From positions 1 to 49,744 of IMG/VR virus record IMGVR_UViG_3300021344_000001: a stretch of DNA of 49,744 nucleotides. One strand, 5' to 3'. Source of the stretch: a virus (taxonomy: Duplodnaviria; Caudoviricetes). Of the stretch, positions 8,516-16,949 are shown piece after piece; within the stretch, counting starts at the first letter, position 1, and every line of letters starts with the position of its first letter. The notes under the pieces are model-generated. The model was not told the DNA's origin, made no database searches, and saw only the letters and a program-made list of their open reading frames with translations. A program made the position numbers and the translations under genes.

Positions 8516-8531
8516 CGGAATGTGTTAGAAT
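8512..8531 (+). promoter_or_regulatory. Putative extended -10 promoter for fibre/head operon
   Basis: TGtTAGAAT just after terL stop. Confidence 0.4.
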
Positions 8532-8565
8532 TAAGGTGACAGTGCCGTTTCTTTGTGTCTAAAGG

Positions 8566-8700
8566 ATGCCTAAAATGAAAAAGAAGAAGCATAAGCCTCA
8601 AGAAGTGGGCAAAATAGGCAAGGGCGGCGGCAAAATAGCGAAGGCTATGGCTTTCAACATGGAAAGCAACAAGAAAATGAAGAAAGCGAAGAAGAAGTGA
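8566..8700 (+). CDS. Lys-rich microprotein (44 aa)
   Basis: MPKMKKKKHKPQEVGKIGKGGGKIAKAMAFNMESNKKMKKAKKK; stop overlaps GTG of next gene. Confidence 0.6.
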   Translation: MPKMKKKKHKPQEVGKIGKGGGKIAKAMAFNMESNKKMKKAKKK

Positions 8701-10208
8701 AGAGATTCGTTATCAGTCTCGCCCTATTCGCTCTTCTTCCTGCATCGGTATGCGCGGATCAGGTCGTAACTATGCCGTACAATTACTCTTTCAAAGGTTC
8801 TATCACTATTCCCTCTATCGCTGCTGCACAGTGCCTAGTGACTGACTCGAATCATAAAGTAATTGGTCAGGCCTGCGGAGGAGGCGGTGGAGTTTCTTCA
8901 ATAAACCCTGGACCCTCGAATAACTTGACTTTCAGTCCTACTACTGGCGCAGTCATCGGTGACATCATTTCAAACCCTACCTTTGTCGGTAATGTGACTG
9001 CCGCCGGGTTTACTACTGCTTCTTTTGTGCATGCGTCTACGGGCATCATTACAAATGACCTCGAAGCCGGTTCTCTTATAGCAGATAACTTAGTAAATGG
9101 GCAATGCGTCCAAGCGGGTCTTGGTGGACAACTCCTTAGTTCTGGTTCTCCTTGTGGTGCAGGCGGAGGTGTCTCTTCCGTCACCTCGACGAACTCTAAC
9201 CTCTCTGCTGCTCCGACCACCGGGGCAGTCGTTCTCGACTTTTCTAACTCCCCGATCTTCACCGGCCTGACGACCACTGACACCCTTCAGGTCAACAGCA
9301 CTTCTCAGTTCAATGGAGCGATGGGAGTAACTGGAAGCGTAACTACGGGCGGTCTAGCAGACTTGTCCATTAGTCCCGGGGAATGCGTAGAAACTACCGG
9401 AGGAAGTGTATTCGTCGGTACCGGATCACCATGCGGCGGAGGCGGAGTTACCTCTGTCTCGGGCACGGCGAACCAGATCACGGTCGTTAACGGCACTACG
9501 ACCCCAGTTGTTTCCATTTCTAACAACCCAACCCTGCCTGGTCACACTACCGTAGCGGATTTCACAGCCAATGGTGATTCAGCTCTCTCCGGGGATCTCA
9601 CTATAAACGGTGTTTTGCTTACGAACGATGTTGTAACAGTCAATGCACTTAATGCGAATCAATGCGTTGCAACGGACGGCAGCCGTAGACTTACAAGCAC
9701 TGGTTCCGCCTGCGGAGGAGTTTCCTCAGTCACTTCTGCGAACAGTCTTCTTGTCGCTTCTCCGACTACCGGAGCAGTTGTGCTTACGGCTGACACTACC
9801 CCCGCTTTCGATAGTGTGTCCACCGATACCCTCCAAGTTAACAGCACATCGAATTTCGATGCGGATGTGACTGTAAATGCCTCTGTACAAGCTTCTGACT
9901 TCATCGACACTACCCTCACTCCTAATTATTGCGTCAATGTAGGCGGGAGTAGTCAGTTAACTAGTCTCCCGTGCACTCAGCACGGCAATCAGTCGATCAC
10001 CGCGTCTCTTGGAACTTGCGTAGCGGGTACCCCCGTGGTCTTCGCAACGCCGTTCCTCTCCACCCCGGACATCGCAGGCAGCACGTCACCAGTAGTCGGT
10101 GACACCTTCTCACCGTCCTCCATCACCACGACCGGGTTTACCCCGAACCTTTGTAGTACGGCAAGCAATGCCGCCGCCACAGTCTACTGGATCGCTACCG
10201 CAGGATAA
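8697..10208 (+). CDS. Secreted fibre-like protein 1
   Basis: Signal peptide MKRFVISLALFALLPASVCA; five C-x13-16-C motifs with GGVSSV spacers; C-terminal VVFATPF..P...VYWIATAG fibre-tip (H-lectin/gp53-like) pattern. Confidence 0.75.
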   Translation: MKRFVISLALFALLPASVCADQVVTMPYNYSFKGSITIPSIAAAQCLVTDSNHKVIGQACGGGGGVSSINPGPSNNLTFSPTTGAVIGDIISNPTFVGNVTAAGFTTASFVHASTGIITNDLEAGSLIADNLVNGQCVQAGLGGQLLSSGSPCGAGGGVSSVTSTNSNLSAAPTTGAVVLDFSNSPIFTGLTTTDTLQVNSTSQFNGAMGVTGSVTTGGLADLSISPGECVETTGGSVFVGTGSPCGGGGVTSVSGTANQITVVNGTTTPVVSISNNPTLPGHTTVADFTANGDSALSGDLTINGVLLTNDVVTVNALNANQCVATDGSRRLTSTGSACGGVSSVTSANSLLVASPTTGAVVLTADTTPAFDSVSTDTLQVNSTSNFDADVTVNASVQASDFIDTTLTPNYCVNVGGSSQLTSLPCTQHGNQSITASLGTCVAGTPVVFATPFLSTPDIAGSTSPVVGDTFSPSSITTTGFTPNLCSTASNAAATVYWIATAG

Positions 10209-10834
10209 TGAACATGAAAAAGCTCTCCGCTCTCATTGCCCTTCTCCTCGGCCTCCTTCCTACGGCCTCTTTTGCTGATGCCAGCGAAGCGGGACAGAAG
10301 CAGACCCTCACTGGGAATGTGGCCCTTACAGGATCTCTTACTGCGAAGAACTTGAATCCTGTGTTTGTAAATACACTTTCAAGCGTCTACAACACTTCCC
10401 TGAATTTTGGTGGTGGTGGGTCGGCTTTCAATTTCAACATTTACACGAATGAAAGTTTGTTAGCGAGTACATTAGACCCTAATTCAACATCCCTTTCGTT
10501 TATTCAAATAACAGGATTTTCTATCCAATGTATGCCGTTTAACCCAGCACTAGCAGGACACGCGAACTACCCGTATCCTTTCGCGGAAACTAATGGAATC
10601 GGTGGAGGAACAGTAACTGTCACGGAGTATAAGTCAGACAGTGTTACTGTTGTAGGCAATTTAGTTCTTCCGACGAGTCCTCATAATGGACCCTACATAA
10701 ACAAAGCAAGTGTTAAACTAAATAATCCTTACACTCCCACAAGTGGGTCAGTTTTCAATGCTGACATAACAGTCGCCGATCCAGTGCCAACGATGGATTG
10801 GGGCCAGTGTGTAGTTACTGCTCTTCTCCAGTAA
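10208..10834 (+). CDS. Secreted beta-rich protein 2
   Basis: Signal peptide MKKLSALIALLLGLLPTASFA; one Cys pair; TAATG coupling. Confidence 0.7.
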   Translation: MNMKKLSALIALLLGLLPTASFADASEAGQKQTLTGNVALTGSLTAKNLNPVFVNTLSSVYNTSLNFGGGGSAFNFNIYTNESLLASTLDPNSTSLSFIQITGFSIQCMPFNPALAGHANYPYPFAETNGIGGGTVTVTEYKSDSVTVVGNLVLPTSPHNGPYINKASVKLNNPYTPTSGSVFNADITVADPVPTMDWGQCVVTALLQ

Positions 10835-10842
10835 GGATTTAT

Positions 10843-10947
10843 ATGCCTAAGAAACCGAAGCACAGCGGAACTTCTGTCAAGAAAATGTCTATCATGAAGA
10901 TGGTGGAACAAATGGCGATGAAGAAGAAAGAAGGCAAGAAGAAATGA
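10843..10947 (+). CDS. Lys/Met-rich microprotein (34 aa)
   Basis: AAGGA RBS; MPKKPKHSGTSVKKMSIMKMVEQMAMKKKEGKKK; ATGA overlap with next gene. Confidence 0.6.
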   Translation: MPKKPKHSGTSVKKMSIMKMVEQMAMKKKEGKKK

Positions 10948-11702
10948 TTAAGAAGGGTGTACTGCTCTTTTTATTCTTTCTAGGCTTTATTTGTTCTGTC
11001 GTTCCTCCGAGAGATGCTTTCGCTGACGTAGCGTTTTTGCAGGTCACAGGCAACCCGTACCATCCGACAGGCCCTTATCTCACTCTTCCAGGCATGGGCG
11101 GTCAGAGCGCCTGCGTAGTAGGACTAAACGGGTCGGTAGGAGGCTCCTGGAAGGTCGAGGGTCTGTATCACAATACTCAGGCATGGACGCAGGCTCTCAC
11201 CGTTGTCTCGCCTGACGGTCTGAACCCAAGCACTTCGATCACATCCGCAGGAAGCTACGCATTCAACTGCGCCGATATGATCGCGGTTCGGCTCGACGGT
11301 ACGACGGGTACTGGGACTCCGATTACCCTGATAGCGGCAGGTGGAGGCATTAGCCGGGTCCTGTTCAATGCGACGGGCAGTGGGGCTGTAATGGCCGTTA
11401 ACGGCACCTCCCCTATCGTAACGAACACGGTCGGAGGAACGGTCACGGTATCGTGCCCTACGTGCGATTCAACGACGCGCACACAGGTCACACAGCTCAC
11501 TACGTCTGCGGTAACGCCTTGGCAGGCGACATTCACCTTCGGCACACCGTACGCTTCACCTCCGATATGCGTAGCGACGTGCTTCAGTTCAGCTCCGTTG
11601 ACGACTATCGCGACGGTAGTCTCCGAGAGCGCATCAGCCGTTACCATTTACGACAGCAGTCAAACAGGAGCGCAGTACAATGTTCAATGCACGCACTCGT
11701 AA
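10944..11702 (+). CDS. Secreted fibre-like protein 3
   Basis: Signal peptide ending DAFA; N-terminal beta domain; C-terminal TFTFGTPYASPPIC...YNVQC domain. Confidence 0.75.
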   Translation: MIKKGVLLFLFFLGFICSVVPPRDAFADVAFLQVTGNPYHPTGPYLTLPGMGGQSACVVGLNGSVGGSWKVEGLYHNTQAWTQALTVVSPDGLNPSTSITSAGSYAFNCADMIAVRLDGTTGTGTPITLIAAGGGISRVLFNATGSGAVMAVNGTSPIVTNTVGGTVTVSCPTCDSTTRTQVTQLTTSAVTPWQATFTFGTPYASPPICVATCFSSAPLTTIATVVSESASAVTIYDSSQTGAQYNVQCTHS

Positions 11703-12309
11703 GACCTTAGCAGCCACAGTTCTTGCGTTCGCAACGGCGTCCGCCCCTGCGTTGGCTGTCCCGCCTGCGAACTCGACGGTCATCAACACCCTTAACCTCT
11801 CGGGGGTTACTGCTTCACGATGCTTGGAAACCGATGGTAGCAGTACTGTTGTTCCGGCTAGCGGTGTTTGTGCGTCAGGAACTGTTACTTCTGTCTCGGG
11901 TACAGCGAACCAAATCACTGTCACGAACCCGACTACGACCCCCGTCGTTTCGATCCCATCAAATCCAACCATTCCAGGGTTGTCTGCCTCGAACTGCGTG
12001 TCAACCAACGGGTCATCAGCCCTCACCTCAAGTGGGGAGCAGTGCCCGACCACGTACATCGCAGGAGCGCGGGCGAGCGGTCTCCACATCGAAACGAAGC
12101 AGGTTACGACCTCCGCAACGACCCCTTGGGAGGCGACTGTGACCTTCGGGGCAGCATACACGGCAGCGCCGCTCTGCACCGCGACGAGCTTCAATTCGGG
12201 TCCGAACCCTATCCCTGTGGATGTTGTCTCCGAGAGCACGACTACCGCAGTCATCTTCGACGGATCTGAGAGTGCCGCCGTGTTCAATGTGATCTGCATA
12301 GGGTTCTAG
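11680..12309 (+). CDS. Secreted fibre-like protein 4
   Basis: Signal peptide ending APALA; two C-x15/16-C motifs; TVTFGAAYTAAPLC...FNVICIGF. Confidence 0.75.
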   Translation: MFNARTRKTLAATVLAFATASAPALAVPPANSTVINTLNLSGVTASRCLETDGSSTVVPASGVCASGTVTSVSGTANQITVTNPTTTPVVSIPSNPTIPGLSASNCVSTNGSSALTSSGEQCPTTYIAGARASGLHIETKQVTTSATTPWEATVTFGAAYTAAPLCTATSFNSGPNPIPVDVVSESTTTAVIFDGSESAAVFNVICIGF

Positions 12310-12310
12310 T

Positions 12311-13252
12311 ATGAAACGGTTAAAAGCCCTCACGCTGGTGGCGGTACTGGGTCTTCCAGTATCCGCCCTTGCTGCTGCCAATAACACCGTCGTGCAAAAT
12401 TTACAAGTCACTGGATTGACCCCTGGGAACTGTATGCAAGCATCTACTGCGGGTCTTGTCACAGCTGTTGGTTCGGCATGCGGTACCGTAACCGCAGTAA
12501 CAGGGTCAGGAAACATATCCTCCTCGGGAGGAACAACTCCAAATGTAACTATTACGAATGCTCCTACCTTCTCAGGAGCGGTTACAACAAGTAGTAACGG
12601 ATTAGGAGCTTTTACTGCAACTAATGGAGGAATTAGAACTCTTTCAAGTTCTAACGCGGGAAATACAACAGTATTCGGTAACTATGTCGGAGGCACTGGA
12701 GGGAATTTTCCTATAGCTTTTGCATATACCAATACTAACACGAAAAATACAGCTATTGGTTCCGCAAGCGCCAACAGTATCGCTGGTATTTCAGGGACTT
12801 GCTTAGATATCGGGCAATACGCGGGCACGAGTTTGGATACAAATTTGGTAACTATAGATTGCTCTGGAAACGTAGGACTAGCTGCGGGATTATTTAGTAC
12901 AGGAGTAACCGACTCCGGCCTTACCTCGGGAAAATGTGTTCAAGCAGGAGCATCGGGATTACTAGCGAACGCGGCGGGGGGAAGTTGCCCTACTACCCGT
13001 AGCAACACGACCCTTTTAGGAGGGACTCACGTCGAAACTGTTCCTTCCACTTCTGTAGCAGGCGTGTCTACGGGCACGTTTACCTTTGGAGCGGCGTATG
13101 CGGCGGCTCCAGTATGCACAGTGTCTACGGTAGCTAGCGGTACTAGCATAACCCCCGCGTTCAATGTCACTAGCACGAGCACGACTCAGCTCGTCGTCAC
13201 AAACACCAACGCTTTATCGCAGAATTACAGCGCAATATGCGTAGGATTCTAG
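12311..13252 (+). CDS. Secreted fibre-like protein 5
   Basis: Signal peptide ending SALA; Cys-pair motifs; TFTFGAAYAAAPVC...YSAICVGF. Confidence 0.75.
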   Translation: MKRLKALTLVAVLGLPVSALAAANNTVVQNLQVTGLTPGNCMQASTAGLVTAVGSACGTVTAVTGSGNISSSGGTTPNVTITNAPTFSGAVTTSSNGLGAFTATNGGIRTLSSSNAGNTTVFGNYVGGTGGNFPIAFAYTNTNTKNTAIGSASANSIAGISGTCLDIGQYAGTSLDTNLVTIDCSGNVGLAAGLFSTGVTDSGLTSGKCVQAGASGLLANAAGGSCPTTRSNTTLLGGTHVETVPSTSVAGVSTGTFTFGAAYAAAPVCTVSTVASGTSITPAFNVTSTSTTQLVVTNTNALSQNYSAICVGF

Positions 13253-13671
13253 TTCTGATCCTTTACCTAATCACGATCGCGCCTTCGTATTCGGCGAATG
13301 CGTATGATAACTCTGGTAATTTAGTCTCGACAGGTGGAACGTCTTCTAGCTGCATGCAAACTGACCCATCTCTAGTAGTCACGTTTCCGGGAACAACGTG
13401 CGGAACTGGGATAGGCGCTAGTACCTATAAAAACGGTTCATTGCTCGTGGGATCTCATCTCGAATTATTTGATAATGTCCTCTTGGCAAACAACACTACT
13501 CATGTATATACTTTTGGAAGTACTTATGCAGCTATTCCGGTATGCACTGTTTCCCTGAACAATAGTGGTAACGGTAACTATTGGGTAAGTGCAGTAACAA
13601 TAAGTGCAGTAACAATAGACAACGCTAGTGGGAATACCCGAACCCCCTATGTAAAGTGTGCAGGTTTCTGA
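13237..13671 (+). CDS. Secreted fibre-like protein 6
   Basis: Signal peptide MRRILVLILYLITIAPSYSANA; one Cys-pair motif; YTFGSTYAAIPVC...YVKCAGF. Confidence 0.7.
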   Translation: MRRILVLILYLITIAPSYSANAYDNSGNLVSTGGTSSSCMQTDPSLVVTFPGTTCGTGIGASTYKNGSLLVGSHLELFDNVLLANNTTHVYTFGSTYAAIPVCTVSLNNSGNGNYWVSAVTISAVTIDNASGNTRTPYVKCAGF

Positions 13672-13672
13672 T

Positions 13673-15619
13673 ATGAAAAACAAACTGACTACAGAGCATC
13701 AACCTGAATCCATCGGTATGAAGCCTGTTCGTCGTTTAGATGACGAACAGTGGAGAGCAATGGGTCAGTCGGTTTACCAAATGATCGACATGAACCTCGG
13801 AAATAGGGGCGGATTAGAGGCGTCCTTGAACTACGGAAACGCCTTGTACGAAATGATGGGAGAGCGAGCGAACCCTCCTTGGGATGGATGCGCGAATATC
13901 GTCGTTCCAGTTGTCTTCACTATGGTAAAAGAAATGTCTGCTCGAATCTCGGGTTCAGCACTCATACCCCGTCCGTACTCCGTACACGGTAGTGACGCGA
14001 TTTCGACTCAGTATTCACACATCGTTGAGCAGTTTTACAATTCAGAGTATCTAAAAAATAAATGGAAAAATCCTCAGGATACGTGCATCGAACTAAGTGC
14101 TCGGGACGGTACGGCAATTCTCGAAGTTTTATGGGAAAAGAAGATCTCCGAAACGACGCATCTCATCGACGGACCTGTCATGGACGAATCAGGAAATCCG
14201 CAGGTGGATGAGAACGGTCAGGCTATTATAAAAAAGCAGAAGCAGACTGTCAGGAAGGTGGAATACGATGCAGTTAAATACACTGCTGTTGAGCTTCGCG
14301 ATTTTATTCTTTTTCCTAATTACGCTCCTTCTATTGAAGAAGCTGATGGAGTAGCTCGTAAGATCTACATGACCGAGCAAGACCTGTGGGCAATGGTCGA
14401 ATCTGGCACCTTCAAGAAGGATGCAGTAGAGGCCGTTCTGTCTTACGTGTCTTCAGCTCAGGATGAACGTCCTATGGATCGGCAGGGTAACTTCACATAT
14501 ACTATCGGCGGTAAGATCGCCATAGGGGACTACTCGGTAACGAACCCTACGGACATTAAAATAGCTCGTGGTCCTGTTGAAGTTTGGAAGGTACTAACCC
14601 GGCAGTATGATTTAGATGGAGACGATGTCTTTGAAGAGAATTTTATCTGGGTTCATGACACTAGCCAAACTATGCTTGGTTATGCGCCTTATGAGTATGA
14701 GGGAGGCCGTCCCTACTTTCCTATCTGTCTTATGCCTCGCCCGAATAGGTTTTACGGATTTTCCGTTCCTGATGTGTCTGGGGCAGTTCAGGAGGAAGCT
14801 TCTGCTCAAAGAAACGCGAGACTCGACTGGTTAGACATTTCATCGAACCCCACGATGTACGCAACTCCGGGGTTCAAGAACAAGGGAGAGAACGAGTCAC
14901 GCCGGTTCGGTCCTGGGGTCATGTTTGAGGTCGATACGCCTACCGATTTCGGGTTCTTGCAGCTTGGAGATCCTCCGCAGGCACTATTTCAAGAGGAGTC
15001 CTCGCTCTTGGCGATGGCAGATCGTAGCATCGGCGCACCTCAGACCGGCGGATCTCCTCCAGGAGGACAACTACAAGGGAAACCGACCGGAAGAGCGATG
15101 CAGCAGAGTACGGCTCTCCAAGGCATGCAGACTAACCGAATGATCGTCATGGTCAGGGACTGGATGCAAGATATTCTCCGTTTTACACATCTTTTATACG
15201 TGAAGTATGGAAAAGATCAAATGCAAATGCTCCAGGCGTCGAGCGAAGGGAACATCCAGGTTACGGTTCCCCGAGAAATCCTCGCACAAAACTACATTTT
15301 AGGCATAAATGGGCAGGGAGGACCTCTCGATAAGGAGAATAGAAGACAAGACGCGATGGCTGTTTACCAAATGGGTCTCCAGAACCCTCTGGTTGCAGGA
15401 AACATGAAACACGTTTACAATATCACTCGTAACCTGTACGAAACCTTCGACTATCCCGACGTTACCGGGTTCATCGGTACGATGGACGAAGCAGAACAGT
15501 TACAGCAAGCCCAACAGATTGCTCAACAGAAGCAGCAGCAGGAGCAAATGGCAATGCACGTTATCAAGCAGACCGACATAGGTTCTGCAAACCCGATTCC
15601 AGAAGTTAAAGGAGAATAG
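13673..15619 (+). CDS. Portal protein (P22-like)
   Basis: ~650 aa; PWDGCANI..P, DGTAILEV.W, PRPNRFYGFS, Q..NARLD..NP, Gln-rich C-terminal barrel; position before scaffold/capsid. Confidence 0.85.
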   Translation: MKNKLTTEHQPESIGMKPVRRLDDEQWRAMGQSVYQMIDMNLGNRGGLEASLNYGNALYEMMGERANPPWDGCANIVVPVVFTMVKEMSARISGSALIPRPYSVHGSDAISTQYSHIVEQFYNSEYLKNKWKNPQDTCIELSARDGTAILEVLWEKKISETTHLIDGPVMDESGNPQVDENGQAIIKKQKQTVRKVEYDAVKYTAVELRDFILFPNYAPSIEEADGVARKIYMTEQDLWAMVESGTFKKDAVEAVLSYVSSAQDERPMDRQGNFTYTIGGKIAIGDYSVTNPTDIKIARGPVEVWKVLTRQYDLDGDDVFEENFIWVHDTSQTMLGYAPYEYEGGRPYFPICLMPRPNRFYGFSVPDVSGAVQEEASAQRNARLDWLDISSNPTMYATPGFKNKGENESRRFGPGVMFEVDTPTDFGFLQLGDPPQALFQEESSLLAMADRSIGAPQTGGSPPGGQLQGKPTGRAMQQSTALQGMQTNRMIVMVRDWMQDILRFTHLLYVKYGKDQMQMLQASSEGNIQVTVPREILAQNYILGINGQGGPLDKENRRQDAMAVYQMGLQNPLVAGNMKHVYNITRNLYETFDYPDVTGFIGTMDEAEQLQQAQQIAQQKQQQEQMAMHVIKQTDIGSANPIPEVKGE

Positions 15620-15621
15620 AA

Positions 15622-16380
15622 GTGGCTGGCATTTTAGACGAAGAAGAGGACCTTTCTATCGACGATCTGTTCAATGAACCGATAATCGAACCTACTCCAG
15701 AAGATTCAGAAAAAGAAGCTGCAAAGGAGGCTGCTAAAGAGAGTGCCGCTCAACACGCTGCTGAGATGTCGGCTATGAAAGCGGAACTGGCTGAACTCAA
15801 GAGTCAACGCTTCGCCGGGTTCCATCAACCGGCACCTTCTGCTCAAGATGAGCATAAGCCCAAGCCTCTCAAAGACCGTATTCAGGACCGCCTAGCCGCT
15901 ACTGGAGACATCGCTGACGCGATCAACATGGCTACAGAAGAAGCCTACAATGCCGGTCAGCTCAACACCAGGGCTCAGTATGTCCCTATTGCAGCTCAGG
16001 CCGCGAAGTTCGCGATCTCGAAGTTCCTTGACGAGAACCCTATGACAACCTCCGTACGTAAGGAGTTTGACAAGATCGTTAACGAGACTACCGACGATGT
16101 GTTTGCAAGCTTCTCTCCGCAGCAGCTTTTGTCTGCGATTGAGACAGCCGCAGATGTCGCTGAAGGTAAAGTAATACGTAAAACGAAGAACTCGCGTGGA
16201 GCAGAACCGCCTGCGTACTCTGCCGGAAGCGGTAGATCATTTGGCGGAGAGTCAACGCAAGCAGCGAAACCGAAAATGTCAAAAGAGAAAGCTCAGAGTA
16301 GGCGAGAAGTAGCAGAAATCGCTGCAAGCTGCGGGATGACGAAGAAAGAAGTCGAAGAGATGCTTGGAGGTCTTGAATAA
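15622..16380 (+). CDS. Putative scaffolding protein
   Basis: Acidic N-terminus, helical, ends AEIAASCGMTKKE; follows portal; AAGGAG RBS. Confidence 0.6.
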   Translation: MAGILDEEEDLSIDDLFNEPIIEPTPEDSEKEAAKEAAKESAAQHAAEMSAMKAELAELKSQRFAGFHQPAPSAQDEHKPKPLKDRIQDRLAATGDIADAINMATEEAYNAGQLNTRAQYVPIAAQAAKFAISKFLDENPMTTSVRKEFDKIVNETTDDVFASFSPQQLLSAIETAADVAEGKVIRKTKNSRGAEPPAYSAGSGRSFGGESTQAAKPKMSKEKAQSRREVAEIAASCGMTKKEVEEMLGGLE

Positions 16381-16877
16381 TGTCTGAAGAGAAAAAGCAG
16401 GTACTGGCTCCTCTCCCTAATTTGGTCATTGGCGAGGAAAGACGTACTATTGAGGAGCAGATCAGGCTCATTAGCCAATCGTACCTCCCTCGTGCAGTCG
16501 AAACGGTCTTCGAGTGCCCCGAGAAGTACATGAAGGAAGTCGAAAAGGGATGGGCCTACAGTTGGGCAAAGGACGATAGATTCCTCAAAGCTCGTCTGCG
16601 TTCAGGAGATTATCAATTAGTAGATCAAGAAGAACTTCGAGATGATTGTTCTCTCGCGGTGGAGATTAAGACTGTTGCAGGCGAAGAAGTGGTGAAGGTA
16701 GGGGATCTTATCCTGGTCAAGGTTCCCCCCGAGGCAAACGATCGTCTGTACAAAGGGAAAGCTATTTTAGGGCTCCTTAATGCGACAGGACACACCGCGT
16801 TTAGCCATTTACAATCGGCAGCAGAGTCCTTCGGGATCGAAGCTGAGTTAGAGCACAACGAAATACGGGTGGCGTAA
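16380..16877 (+). CDS. Head-region hypothetical protein
   Basis: GWAYSW..GY.LV..VGDLILVKVP pattern of proteins often found between scaffold and capsid genes. Confidence 0.6.
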   Translation: MSEEKKQVLAPLPNLVIGEERRTIEEQIRLISQSYLPRAVETVFECPEKYMKEVEKGWAYSWAKDDRFLKARLRSGDYQLVDQEELRDDCSLAVEIKTVAGEEVVKVGDLILVKVPPEANDRLYKGKAILGLLNATGHTAFSHLQSAAESFGIEAELEHNEIRVA

Positions 16878-16888
16878 CACATAATTCG

Positions 16889-16917
16889 TTGACATTTTCT
16901 TAATGTTGAGGTACCCT
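16889..16917 (+). promoter_or_regulatory. Putative promoter for capsid genes
   Basis: TTGACA-17 bp-TACCCT (TATACT 6 nt further) in intergenic gap. Confidence 0.45.
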
Positions 16918-16949
16918 TATACTAACTGATAGTGTGAGGGTATTTTTAC

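Noticed and set aside
8867-12516. Long antisense ORFs opposite the fibre genes
   Set aside because: Shadow ORFs of T/S/G/V-rich codons, no RBS or motifs
12290-13671. C-terminal Phe as an outer-membrane beta-signal (autotransporter)
   Set aside because: No beta-barrel-length amphipathic domain; the C.GF ending parallels the W.AIG[YF] end of fibre-tip domains
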